DNA of 64,000 nt, taken from the NCBI GenBank assembly GCA_951406725.2, contig OX597816.1, positions 71,052,001-71,116,000 of the forward strand, given 5' to 3'. The notes under the pieces were generated by a model, which had not been told where the DNA came from, ran no database searches, and saw only the letters and a program-made list of their open reading frames with translations. The position numbers and the translations under genes were made by a program. Source of the stretch: Octopus vulgaris. Its lineage: Eukaryota. Shown here one piece after another: positions 1-12,077 of the stretch; position 1 is the first letter of the stretch; each line of letters begins with the position of its first letter.

Positions 1-143
1 CAAAAAAAAAACAACGCAAGGATGTGGTACACGTAATTAAAGTATTAGCAGACATTCAGGGAAGTAAAGAAAGATGATTTAGTCCAATAGAAAGGAAGAC
101 GGAGGAAGAATATCGCCAATGATTCACATGTAGTTACATTTTG

Positions 144-146
<3 letters not shown>

Positions 147-230
<84 letters not shown>

Positions 231-867
231 TGTGTGTGTGTGTATATATATATGTGTGTGTGTGTATATATATGTGTTTGTGTGTGTGTGTATATATATA
301 TATTGTATGTATATATATATATATATTGTATGTATGTATATATATATTGTATATATATATATTGTACCTATATATATATATATTGTATATATATATATTG
401 TATGTATATATATATATATTGTATGTATATATATATATATATATTGTATGTATATATATATATATATTGTATATATATATATATTGTACGTATATATATA
501 TATTGTATGTATATATGTATATATATTGTATGTATATATATATTGTATGTATATATATTGTATGTATATATATATATATAAATTGTATGTATATATATAT
601 ATATATTGTATGTATATATATATATATTGTATGTATATATATATTGTATGTATATATATATATTGTATGTATGTATATATATATTGCATGTATATATATA
701 TATATATATATTGTATGTATATATTATATGCATATTTATTTGTATATGTGCAAGTGTGTATGTATATATATCTACCTATATATGTGTGCGTGTGTACTAT
801 ATATATATATATATATACAGGTATACATTCATTCATAGTACGTGTGTATATCTATCTATATCTATCT

Positions 868-955
<88 letters not shown>
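147..955. repeat. Compound microsatellite: (TA)n, (TG)n, TTGTATG(TA)n minisatellite, (CT)n
   Basis: Directly visible; about 20 TTGTA-punctuated (TA)n units lie at ~296-720. Confidence 0.95.
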
Positions 956-960
<5 letters not shown>

Positions 961-1108
961 GAGAGAGTTCAAATTTACAGAAAACCAAAAGAGAAAAGAC
1001 AGATGTACGAACAGTCAGCAGGTATATTAGTTTGACGCTCGGGATATTTCGAAAAGTCTTTTACGTTTCGAACCTAGGCTCTTCGATAGAAAGGAATAAG
1101 AGGGGAAA

Positions 1109-1173
<65 letters not shown>

Positions 1174-1351
1174 TGAAACTAATACACACGCACACACACT
1201 CATATTGCAGCAAGACGAAATTAAATAGAATAAAGATTTATGAAATGTGGGGCTGCTAGATAAATGTAAGTTGTTGTTGTGTCTGTCGTCGAGCTCAAGG
1301 TTAGCCGCAACTAAGAAAACCTATAATCAAGGGCGTCTTTTTTGTCTTTTA

Positions 1352-1590
1352 TCATTCTTTTGTTTTAATCATTGGCCTGCGCTCATACTGGAGCACTGCC
1401 TTGAAAAGTTAAGTCGAACAAATTGACATCTGTGCCAGTTGCTTTTCTGTTATTTCTGTTTTGTAGGCCCGGTAATTTTTCGACCTTTTTCTTTGCCCAA
1501 TCACTAAGCTACAGTGATGTACACAAACCAGCACCAGTGTCCGGTTGTCAAGCCGTATCGAAGGGAGTACAAATACAAAGTTAAGTACAT
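1352..1590 (-). mobile_element. Degenerate family B SINE, 3' part
   Basis: Diverged reverse-complement match to the family B tail (gcggtgctccagcatggccgcag) and body (cttgacaaccg). Confidence 0.6.
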
Positions 1591-1651
1591 ACACAAACAC
1601 GCACAATTAGTAGCACTTGCATCTGCAAGTTGTTTGTAATATATATATATA

Positions 1652-2341
1652 ATACAGTATACATTAAGGGGTATCAATTATAGGACTCCCTTACGCTAGA
1701 AAGAACAACAACATTTCAAACCACTAATTAGGGATAAATTCTCGAAGGGAAGGAAAAATAAAAACGGGTCAATACCCAGAAACTGCAGTCCGTGCGTATT
1801 ACTTAGGTTGACGAGGGAAGGATGACCTCCCTTTGCAAATACCGATAGGACACAGAAAGTGTGTCAATAGCCAGCTGGAGAAGATGTTCTCCTGGGGCTA
1901 CAGTAACATCCACCCTTAGTGGTTAGCCATATTTAGATGGCAAATATACTTCACATTGTCGTGCAGTTACTGTTTATACCTCGTTCAGAAAAATAAAAAC
2001 ATTTACCATGTATTTCCTGGACTATGGTTTCTGACTTATTTTAGCAAATAAAACAATTTGCTAGGCGAAGTCTTCGTCAACAGGTACGCCAAGATTAAAC
2101 ATATAAACACGAGGCTAATCCAGCATGTGTCTCTTACTTATACATTTTAATTTTTCAAAAACACACCGCGCAAGCGCAGTTTTTTCTCGGCAGCAAAAAA
2201 TGCCGGCAATTTCTTCGAACGAATTTTCCAGAAATCATTATACATAGTTAATAATATCAGGGTGATAAAGATTATAGAAATTTTTACTACGCTAGGCCAC
2301 TGGTAGTAAAAATTTCTATAATCTTTATTACCCTGATATTA

Positions 2342-2345
<4 letters not shown>
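1652..2345. mobile_element. Non-autonomous element with dissimilar hairpin-type ends, in (TA)n
   Basis: The right end is a 43-bp-stem hairpin (2248-2345). Both ends recur in reverse orientation at 60329-60537. Confidence 0.6.
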
Positions 2346-2419
<74 letters not shown>

Positions 2420-2566
2420 GCAGTTTTCGCCAGCCAAATTCACTCTCAAGGCATTGGTGACACTTGCCTAAGATTCCGCGCTGTGGGACTGAACTTGAAA
2501 CCATATGGTTGTAAAGGAAAGCTTCTTAACCACACAGCCCTCCATATATATTTAATTTTTAATACA

Positions 2567-2940
2567 GGCGCAGGAGTGGCTTTGTGGTTATAAGTTTGCT
2601 TCCTAACCACATAGTTCCGGGTTCCACCCACTGCGTGGCACCTTGGGCAAGTGTTTTCTACTATAGCCTCGGGCCGACCAAAGTCATCTGAGTGGATTTG
2701 GTAGACGGAAACTGAAAGAAGCCCGTCTTATATATATCTGTATGTGTCTGTGTTTGTCCCCCTCCATCGTTTGACAACCGATGCTGGTGTGTTTACGTCC
2801 CCGTAACAGCGGTTCGGCAAAAAAGACCGGTAGACTAAGTACTTGGCTTACAAAGAATAAGTCCTGGAGTCGATTTGTTCGACTAAAGCTGGTGCTCCAG
2901 CATGGCCGCAGTCAGATGACTGAAACAAGTAAAAGAATAA
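2567..2940 (+). mobile_element. tRNA-derived SINE family B (octopus OK/OR-like; name not verified), near full length
   Basis: ggcgcaggagtggct...ggttccgggttc head with A/B-box-like motifs, conserved body, tail ggtgctccagcatggccgcagtcagatgactgaaacaagtaaaaga. Many further copies in the window. Confidence 0.85.
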
Positions 2941-3177
2941 GTGAATATGATATATCATGAACATTCTCAAATGCATCCTTCGTTTCTTTTTTATGGCAGC
3001 AGGGTGTGATTTGACGGTGTGTGATTCGAAATATCCATTTAGAGGTGAGGTGTGATTTGTGGCTATTTAACTGATATTTCTAACAGTTGGAACATCTGCA
3101 TAGACGCTCCTTTGTTGGCTTTTAAGGACCATTTCTTAAGAATGTTGCAACGGTATCTGATCTTAATGATATGAGAA

Positions 3178-3410
3178 GGCGGCGAGCTGGCAGAAGCGTT
3201 AGCACGCCGGGCGAAATGCGTAGCCGTATTTCGTCTTCCGCTACGTTGTGAGCTCAAATTCCGCCGAGGTCGACTTTGCCTTTCATCCTTTCGGGGTCGA
3301 TAAATTAAGTACCAGTCACGCACTGGGTCGATGTAATCGACTTAATCCGTTTGTCTGTCCTTGTTTGTCTTCTCTGTGTTTAGCCCCTTGTGGATAGTAA
3401 AGAAATAGGT
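3178..3410 (+). mobile_element. tRNA-derived SINE family A, full length with long target-site duplication
   Basis: ggcggcgagctggcagaa...gagctcaaattccgccgaggtcgactttgcc...aaagaaata, flanked by the direct repeat ggtatctgatcttaatgatatga (3152-3174 and 3408-3430). Confidence 0.9.
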
Positions 3411-3443
3411 ATCTGATCTTAATGATATGATAGGTGGGTGTTG

Positions 3444-3830
3444 TGTAGGCCCATGTCAACCCTCATCGAGTGGTTGTGTTTGAAATGATATTTAGGACTT
3501 CACTATCTAATGTGTTTTCTCCCCATTTTAGATAGTAAGGCACAATTTTAGGGGAATTGGCTACTGTTTTTAGCAGATCTAGGAACTATGTGGAGCAGTG
3601 ATACTCCTTGCCAAACCTTAAGCATGTCGCAATGGTGTCTAATACGAGATGTTTTTGTCATGTAGGCCCAGGTCATCTCTGGTCCAGTAGACCTTTAATG
3701 AAACCTTTAATAAAAGTCATTCCATCTGTGACAACCCCACCTTTTAAATGATGTCTAAGATTTCATTATCTAATGTGTCCTCTCCCTACTTTAGATCGTA
3801 GAGCACAATTAGGGTGTATTTGGCTACTCC
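3444..3830 (+). repeat. Two diverged tandem copies (~217 bp) of an old interspersed repeat
   Basis: tgtaggcccaNgtca...tatctaatgtgt...tttagat...gcacaatt...ttggctact repeats at 3444 and 3661. Related fragments lie at ~39290-39450 and ~39680-39870. Confidence 0.6.
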
Positions 3831-4284
3831 CAGAAGCATTAGTACCCATTGCCAGCCTTCCACTAACAAAAACCCTTCCGTTTAAATAGATTTTCTCTGG
3901 AGTCCCAGATGCTTGAAATGTTCGTTTAGTCGGAAAATTTAGTTTACGGGTCCGTATTTTTTACATTTTAAGACCTCGCCTTCGCCACTTTGGCTTGTTT
4001 CCGGGACCCATAGGGGTTAGAGGCCGAATGCCAGTCTATGAATGCTATGGTTTATAGTCAATAAATAAATTTAGAGGCCCTAGTATATTGCTTTGACTAA
4101 AGCGGAAGTTCCGGTAATATTATTATAACAGCTCTGCTCCCATGTGTCCGCGTGCTTCAGGCTGGGAACCGCTGATGTAAAAACTCGCTTCGTGGTTCAG
4201 AGAAGAGTAGATATGCTAGACAAGGTATGTGTAAGCAAGATTTAAAACAGGAGAAGGCCTCAGGGATATATAAATATGTTAGTT

Positions 4285-5142
4285 TTGAATTTTGGTACAA
4301 GGCAGCAGTTTCGGAAGAGGAGTAAGTCGATTACATCTACCCCAGTACTCAACTGGTACTTATTTTATCGACCCCGAAGCGAAAAAAGAAAAAGAAGCAA
4401 AGTTGACCTCGGCGGAATTTGAACGCAGATCACAAAGTCGGACGAAATGTCGCTAAGCAATTTGGCGTTCTAATGAGTCTGCTAGCTCACTGCCTTATAC
4501 ACAGCAGCAATAATAATGATTTCAAATTCTGGTAGAAGGCCAGTAATTTCGATGAAGGGAAAAAGTCGATTACATCAGCCCCAGTGCTCAACTGGTACTG
4601 CTTTTATCGATCTAGTAAGGATGAAAGGCATTTGAACTCAGATTGTAAAGACGGACGAAACACCGCTAAGCATTTTTCCCGGCGTGCTAACGATTCTTCC
4701 AGCTCGTCGCCTTATGTGGGGTACGTTAATATATATTTCTTTACTGCCCACAAGGGGCTAAACATAGAGGGGACAAACAAGGACAGACAAAGGGATTAAG
4801 CCGATTACATCGACCCCAGTGCGTAACTGGTACTTAATTTATCGACCCCGAAAGGATAAAAGGCAAAGTCGACTTCGGCGGAATTTGAACTCAGAACGTA
4901 AATACAGACGAAATACCTATTTCTTTACATCCACAAGGGGCTAAACACAGAGGGGACAAACAAGGACAGACAAAGAGATAAGGTCGATTACATCGACCCT
5001 GTGCGTAACTGGTACTTATTTAATCGACCCCGAAAGGATGAAAGGCAAAGTCGACCTCGGCGGAATTTGAACTCGGAACGTAACGACAGACGAAATACCG
5101 CAAAGCATTTCGCCCGGCGTGCTAACGTTTCTGCCAGCTCGT
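4285..5142 (-). mobile_element. Cluster of family A SINEs including a head-to-tail dimer (4733-5142)
   Basis: Repeated gaaaggatgaaaggcaaagtcgacctcggcggaatttgaactc cores. Confidence 0.9.
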
Positions 5143-5461
5143 TAATATAATCTGGTTTCAGATGGCATGGTTTTGGTGGAGGATAGGCTTCAAATTGTTA
5201 AAGAAAATCAAGTGAGAATAAGAAAGGATTCATTTCGTTTGTTGTCTTTTGTTTGCCTTTGTTGGTATCTAGAGAGGTTAAGTGAGAAAAGAAAACCGAA
5301 TAGCGTGGCAATAGTGTTGGTTTACAGAGAGACATAAAGAAAATCAGACACGCTTACACTGATAAACGCTCTCGTTCACTCCCCCTCTCCTTCTCTTACC
5401 TCATTTCTTTCTGTCTGTTTGTTTGTCTGTCTCTCCCCCCCTCTCACTCACTCACTCTCTG

Positions 5462-5500
<39 letters not shown>

Positions 5501-6161
5501 TGCATACACATTATACACACACACAGGCACACATTCATATTTATGCATAAGCAAATAAATATAAAACAGTAGCAAAATATATCAGTAACGTATTTTACAT
5601 GGTACAAACAATCTAAGAACTCACTAGATTGTGTTGTGTGTGTGTCAGTGGCGACTCAGGCACTCGGGTTTTTCGGGCTTAGTCCGAGTATAAATTTGGT
5701 TAAGTGAACGTGTATTATCAAGCTGTCTTAATTTCTGCCAATACTGACTTCAAGTATGTCATTTCAAGCTAATAACTCGGGCTCCTTTTATTGAGCCAGG
5801 TCGCAGTTCATTTGTTTTCGTTCAGCGTCTGGCAGTCGTCTTAGAGGTGCCCTATATCAAAAAATATTATTCGTAGCAGATTTTCTCTCCACATCGTTCA
5901 CACGCGCCTGACTCGGGCTCAGAAGTTACCGCCCGAGTTGTTATCCGGGATATAGTCTCAGTACAGGGAACTTGTTTCAGTCATGTGACTGCAGCCATGC
6001 TGGAACACCGCTTTAAAGGTTTTTTTTAGTCAAAGGAACCATTTTTCTTTCTTTTCTTTTCTCCATTTCTAAGCCAAGAGTAAAAAATAAAGCAACCCTG
6101 GAAAACACAACTGATCTTTACACACAGACGCACAGAATAACAACAATCAAATAACGACAGC

Positions 6162-7136
6162 GGAATGCACGGCAAGCATCAGCGATCTGTTAGTCTTTTA
6201 CACCTACCAGGCTCATTTGTATTAAGCCCGAGTTACTGGATAATTTTTCCTTTAAGAATATTGTAGAAGGGAATCTTTTCATAACTCTCATAACAATTGA
6301 GAGACTATATCCGATTATAGATAACGAGTTGTTATCTATAATCGTAAAAATTAAACGTAGAGATTACTGTTTAAATTCCAATCTATGAAAAGTTTCCGTT
6401 CTACAATATTCTTAAAGGAAAGAAGAATTATCCGGATCTTTTCCTTTTGAACGGCAGATATCAACACAATTTCTAGTTAACTAAACACTTTTAAACTTCT
6501 TATACTGGTAGAATAAAACATCATTTTCCTTTGGTTTTATTGAGAAAATTCTATAGTTTGTAAGATATTTCGTCTGAAAATCCGAGCATTTCGGCAATTT
6601 TAACCAATCGATTACCTCCATTCAACTAAAATCCTTTGCTGCGTCTAAAACTGAGACAACATCCTATAACTAACCCTAAACCTCCCCCCTAACCCTTTTT
6701 TTTCTTAATTATTAAATTAATTTAATTCTATTGCTTTAGTTTTTTTTTACACGCGTAACAATTAAATTAATTTAACAATTAAGAAAAAAAATTAGGGTTA
6801 GGGTTGGGGGGGAGGTTTAGGGTTAGTTACAGGATGTTGTCTCAGTTTTAGACGCAGCAAATGATTTTAGCTCAAAAGAGAGCATAGGATTGGTTAAAAT
6901 TCGAAAAATTAAACTACGTTAAACAAACAAATTACAATTTTCTCAAGAAAGCCAAGAGAAAAAATGTTTTATTTTGACACATTCTACCAGTATACGAAGT
7001 TTTAAAGTGTTTAGTTAACTAGAAATTGTCTGCCGTTCAAAAGGAAAGGATCCAATTATCCAGTAACTCGGGCTAATACAAATGAGCCTGGTAGGTGTAA
7101 AAGACTAACAGATCGCTGATGTTTGCCGTGCATGCC
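6162..7136. mobile_element. Palindromic MITE (~350 bp once the insert is removed), interrupted by a second element
   Basis: 6162-6244 is the near-perfect reverse complement of 7054-7136. Inner arms 6246-6283 and 6384-6421 also pair, with a central hairpin cgattatagataac/gttatctataatcg. Confidence 0.85.
6434..7053. mobile_element. Foldback MITE with GGATC termini, 8-bp TSD and internal TTAGGG-like motifs (Merlin- or hAT-type TSD length)
   Basis: TIR ggatcttttccttttgaacggcaga / tctgccgttcaaaaggaaaggatcc; TSD aattatcc at 6426-6433 and 7054-7061; the ~300-bp arms are inverted copies. Confidence 0.9.
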
Positions 7137-7139
7137 TGT

Positions 7140-7850
7140 ACCTAAGTGGACTGAACAATTGAGAGTTAATTATTCTGGTCATGAATACAGTTTAACGAGT
7201 TATTCCATACTGCAATGCCTTCTTACATCTAGATGGACTGGACAGTTAAGGGTTAGTTTCCAGGGATATAATGTCAGTACAGGGAACTATACTACGCTGT
7301 GGTATCCACAAACAGCTAAGTTGAATGAACTGTTGGCGGTTTAGTGTGTTTGTCGCGACACGAGTTTTTTTTTTACTGTTACATACCATGGTAGCTTCTA
7401 ACATCTAGGTGGGCAGGAAAGGCGGGTGATAATTGCATGAGGTATGGTCACTGTAAAAGGAAGTATATCACACTGTGTACCAACTAACAACCTAGAGGAT
7501 CAGAAAACTGAGAATTAATTCCTGTGGTCAAGAATACATTCCAGAGAATTCTATTACGCTGTGGTACTTACGTCTCCCTACGTGGACTGGATAGTTGAGA
7601 GTGAATTATTTTAGACATGAGCAAAGTACAGGGCACTGCTTACAATCTACAGGACCAGGCAGTTGAGAATTAAGTGCCTTTATTAGAACACGGCTCAGTG
7701 AGACATACTAAACTGTGGTTTCTACATCTTATTTGGAGGACTAAACTGTTTCAAGATATTTGCTTTGGGTATGAACACAGTAGAGTTGAGAATTACAACA
7801 CAGTGCAGAACCTATTTACAGCTAAGTCAACTGGAAAGTTAAGTGCTGTT
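7140..7850. repeat. Degenerate tandem array, ~87-bp unit, about 9 copies
   Basis: A ctaNNtggactg-like anchor recurs at about 7142, 7229, 7316, 7405, 7492, 7578, 7647, 7733 and 7822. Confidence 0.7.
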
Positions 7851-8664
7851 GTGGAAGGATCCTGACCACCCCGACATGACCAAAAGTGGACTAATGCATT
7901 TCAATCAGATAAAGAACTGTCGGGGTGACACCGGCAGTTGACAGCATAAATCAACCTACCCAAAGAATGTAGAAACAGAGAAGATAGTCAAGTTTAATCA
8001 AACAGTAAGAGTGAAAGTACCATCATACATATATGCAGAGGATATGAAGGCGATAATGATCGAAAAGGAAAATTACAAGAAACTGAAAGAAATGTGTGGA
8101 GATAGTATTGACCCATAGGAGTGAGGGTGGAATTCAAAGAATTGCCACCGGTACTGGATTTAATAGAAATTGAACCATTGATGAAGTATTATTAAAAAGA
8201 AAATAAGTATGTTAAATTGACAGGAGAAAAGAAAAAAGAAAAAGGAGGAAAAAAAGAAAAAAATGAAAGAGTAAAGTGCTTTATGTTATGTTTAAAAAAA
8301 AATATTGAAAAATAGAACAATTGTAGATGATGTATATAACGGTTCAAATACTTGCAATGGTATGTAACATGATAATTAATTGTTGTGTAAATACAGTCCC
8401 ACTGCGTGGTACCTTCAGTTAGCGTCTTCTACTATATCCTCGGGCCGACCAAAGACTTGGGAGTGGAATTGGCAGACGGAAACTGAAAGAAGCCCGTCGT
8501 ACATGTGTGTGTGCATGTGTGTATTACGTGTGTGTGTGTGTGTGATAACACTAGCATAACATACAACACTGTTATCATCTACAATATCAACAACATCCAA
8601 CAGCGATACCATACACAACAATTACATCAACAACCCCAACGCCAACACTATGCACATCGACCGG

Positions 8665-8970
8665 TGAAGACGCGTGGCTTAGTGGTAAGGGTAATCGGCT
8701 CACGACCACGAGTTCGATTCCCGGCGGCGCGATGTGTCCTTGACCAACACACTTTATTTCACGTTGCTCCAGTTCACCCAGCTGGCAAAAACGAATAATA
8801 CCTACAATTCAAAGGGCCAACCTTATCACATTTTGTGTCGCGTTGAATCTCCCTGAGAACATCATTAGGGGTACGCGTATCTGTGGAGTACTCAACCACT
8901 TGCACGTTAATTTCTTGTTCCGTTGATTGGATCAGCTGGAACACTCGTCATCATAAACATCGGAGTGCCA
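8665..8970 (+). mobile_element. tRNA-derived SINE family C (core ttgagcaaNacactttatttcacgttgctccagttcaNNcagctggcaaaa)
   Basis: tRNA-like head gcgtggcttagtggtaagg...gagttcgattccc; homologous copies at 14580-14825 and 42948-43250. Confidence 0.8.
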
Positions 8971-9035
8971 ACTTTTTTAATTGCTGTGGTTGATATGGAT
9001 ATCTGCCTATTGTTGTTGTTGTTGCTGCTATTGCT

Positions 9036-9397
9036 GTTGAGCGAAGCGGTCTTCGTCCTCTTGGGAGAAGTCCGAAACGTGGTCCTTTGCTATTCGTAAG
9101 ACCCGCAGAAGAGAAAGCAGGTCAACCCCCGACACCGAGTGCATCGACGGGTGGATGAGTGTTTTTCCAGGCTCAGCGGTTGCGTAGGAAGTCGGGAACA
9201 AGAAACAGGAAGAAAGAGTGAGAGAAAGTTGGAGCGAAAGAGTACAACAGGGGTCACCACCCACCACCTTGCGGAGCCTCGTGGAGCTTTAGGTGTTTTC
9301 GCTCAATAAACCTACACAACGCCCGGTCTGGGAATCGAAACTACGATCCTTCGACCGCGTGTCCGCCGCCCTAACCATTGGGCCATTGCGCCTCCAC
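9036..9397 (-). mobile_element. tRNA-derived SINE family D in a (CAA/CAG)n tract
   Basis: The minus strand reads ggaggcgcaatggcccaatggttagggc...gtttcgattccc (A/B boxes) and ends in a caacagcaa tail. Confidence 0.75.
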
Positions 9398-9804
9398 TGT
9401 TGTTGCTGCTGTCGTCGTTGTTGCTATATAGGGTATTGGTGGTGTTGTTGTTTATAATGTTGTTGTTGTTGTTATAGTTGTTCCTAATCGTTAATGGTTG
9501 GTGATTGGTTTCATTGATTTATTTATTTATTCATCGTTTTGATGTTTACTTGTTGGCTTTTCAATCAGTCTAAATCAAAAGATTGACATTTAACAAGTTA
9601 GCTTTGATGTAAACGGGATTGTGAAGAAAGAGAGAGAGAGAGAGAGAATGAAGAGAGGAGCTGAAGGAAAGGAGGAGGTGAAGAAGGGGAGAAGTATAAA
9701 GAACCAGGGAGAGAGGGGAAAAAGAAAGGCATTGAGGTAGTGTGAATGCATGTGTACACAAATATACGTACATACATGCATACATATGTCTATGCGTACA
9801 TTAC

Positions 9805-9839
<35 letters not shown>

Positions 9840-9950
9840 TCACACATATACACAAATGCATGAGGTGTGCATACATTACATTATATATATATATATATAT
9901 ATATATATACTCACACATATACACAAATACATGAGGTGTTCATACATTAC

Positions 9951-10002
<52 letters not shown>

Positions 10003-10760
10003 GAGAGGGAGAGAGAGAGCGAGAGAAAAACATGGGTTGATAAACAGACAGGTACATAGACAGAGAGACAGAGTAAGAGACGGAGAGAGAAAGAGAGAGA
10101 GAGAGGGGAAAGAAAAAGAAATGGTGAGAGAGAGAGGGAGAATAAGGAGAATGAGGTGAGGCAAGACGTAAAAGAGAGAGAGAGAGAGAGAGAGTATGGA
10201 AGCGAAAGAGAGAACGAATAACTGAAAGAGAAAGTAAACCAGAAAAACATCACTCACCATCTAATTGCATACCATGTGACCCCAAGATGACTGAACAGAT
10301 CTATCATAACGGAGATAAGGAGACGAAAAAGCAGTGTGTGTACCAACGAGACATTATGTATGGGTATTTTAGTATTTTTTTTCATTGGAAATTTGAGAAT
10401 GATGTCAATATCGATAGGAAGTGGTAAGCCTCACTTGGACTGGTGGCCGTTACATCACTTCATATGACATTTTGAAAGTAATACTTTTGGAATCTAGCAG
10501 AATGGGATAACAATAAAATAACAAGAAAAGTTAGTATAATTTCAGTTGTTGGTGTTGGTGATGGTGGTGGTGGTGGTGGTGGCGGCGGCGGCTTTGAGTA
10601 GAACCCGTTCTTTTTTTTTTTTGTTATAACTTTTGTTGTTGCTTTCAATGTGTTTTCTAACATTAAACCTGTTCACATGCAAAACCCTCACACCAATACT
10701 TACGCTTACACATTCAATATTTTTTTTTCTTGATGTAAGTCCTTTGTGGTCAATAAAGAA

Positions 10761-10792
<32 letters not shown>

Positions 10793-10795
10793 GTA

Positions 10796-11256
10796 AGAGA
10801 GCAGTGCATGCCATCAAAGTGACACTGGGGTAAAATATACGAAGCCCAGTATACCCATCATGATTACTTGTCTGATAAGGGTACACTAGGCACATGCACC
10901 ACAACCATATGTGCGCGACATGGCGATCTCATATCAAGATAAACTTCTGGTCGAGTAACCCATCCCGCTCAAAAGATCCCTGAATGAGGGTTGTTTAAGG
11001 ATGTTGAACGAAACACCCATGTTTCCAGAGGTGAATTATTTAAACCCCAAAGAATCCCTCTCAACACATAGCTATGATGCTTCCCCACTACTTCTGCTCG
11101 TGATCAGAGATGCACATATCGTCAACCACAAAGAGTCATGCTCAACTGGTTAAGGTCAAACAAATGACAAGCAAATCGGTGGCTGCGCGAAGGCGACGGG
11201 CGGACGGCGAACGCCGAGCTAGCCCATCTTTTATACCAAGACAAAACAATGTACAT
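10796..11256. mobile_element. Interspersed repeat embedded in (TAA)n, internally deleted copy
   Basis: Highly similar to 50014-50571; flanked on both sides by TTA repeats. Confidence 0.85.
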
Positions 11257-11322
11257 TATTATTATTATTGCTATTATTGTTATAATAATAATAATAATAA
11301 TAATAATAATTTTTTTTTTAAG

Positions 11323-11800
11323 GCGGCGAGCTGGGAGAAGCGTTAGCACGCCGGGCGAAATGCTTTGCGGTATTTCGTCTGCCGCTACGTTGTGAGTTCA
11401 AATTCCGCCGAGGTCGACTTTGCCTTTCATCCTTTTAGGGTCGATAAATTAAGCACCAGTTATGCATTGGGGTCGATGTAATCGACTTAATACCTATGTC
11501 TGTCCTTGTTTGTCCTCTCTATGTTTAGCCCCTTGTGGGTAATAAAGAAATAGGTATTTTGTATGCCGTTACGTTATTATTATTATTATTATTATTATTA
11601 TAAGGCACAATCGTTAGCACGTCGGGCAAAATGCTTACAAGTATTTCGTCCGTCTTCACGTTCTGTTTTCAAATTCCGCCGAGGTCAACTTTGCCTTTCA
11701 TCCTTTTGGGGTCGATAAATTAAGTACCAGTGGAGTACTGGGGTCGATATAATCGGCTTAACCCTTCCTCCAAAGCATCAAGCCTTGTGCTTATTGTAGA
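11323..11800 (+). mobile_element. Family A SINE copies
   Basis: ggcggcgagctgg head and core gagttcaaattccgccgaggtcgactttgcctttcatcc. Confidence 0.85.
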
Positions 11801-11824
11801 AAGAGTTATTATTGTTATTAAGGC

Positions 11825-11898
11825 AGTAGTGGTTAAGAGCGCGGGCTACTAACCCCAAGCGTCCGAGTTCGATTCCAGGCAGTGACCTGAATAATAAC

Positions 11899-11941
<43 letters not shown>

Positions 11942-12077
11942 TCGAAAATACCTTAGGAATGAGAACCCAGGTTCGAAATTTCACCAAGAAACCTGATGAA
12001 GACTGGAGGGTACATCAGCCGAAACGTTGTATTAACAACAAACAAGATGAGGACAAATATCCGTCAAATGTAAATAA
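11825..12077 (+). mobile_element. tRNA-headed SINE with an internal (AAT)n and a hammerhead-like 3' module
   Basis: agtggttaagagcgcgggctactaacccc...gagttcgattcc head; CTGATGA at 11993 and GAAA at 12021; 12-bp TSD tgttattaaggc (11813-11824 and 12078-12089). Confidence 0.75.

Noticed and set aside
45-1172. Long YI/CV/HT-repeat ORFs here and at ~18-21 kb, 25-27 kb, 40.7-41.9 kb, 51.4-54 kb, 57-58 kb and 61-63 kb
   Set aside because: They are translations of (TA)n, (TG)n and (TATG)n microsatellites that lack stops; there is no coding signal.
6668-6826. Interstitial telomere or chromosome-fusion scar (CCCTAA and TTAGGG in inverted arrangement)
   Set aside because: Only 1-2 units per arm, and they are internal parts of a TSD-flanked MITE also seen at 38492-38902.
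7140-7850. CRISPR-like repeat-spacer array
   Set aside because: The context is eukaryotic, the units are diverged along their entire length with no invariant repeat, and there are no cas genes.
7950-8200. Protein-like purine-rich stretch (ETEKIVKFNQTVRVKVPSY...)
   Set aside because: It is short, interrupted by stops, and has no recognisable domain or splice context; it is possibly a retroelement relic.
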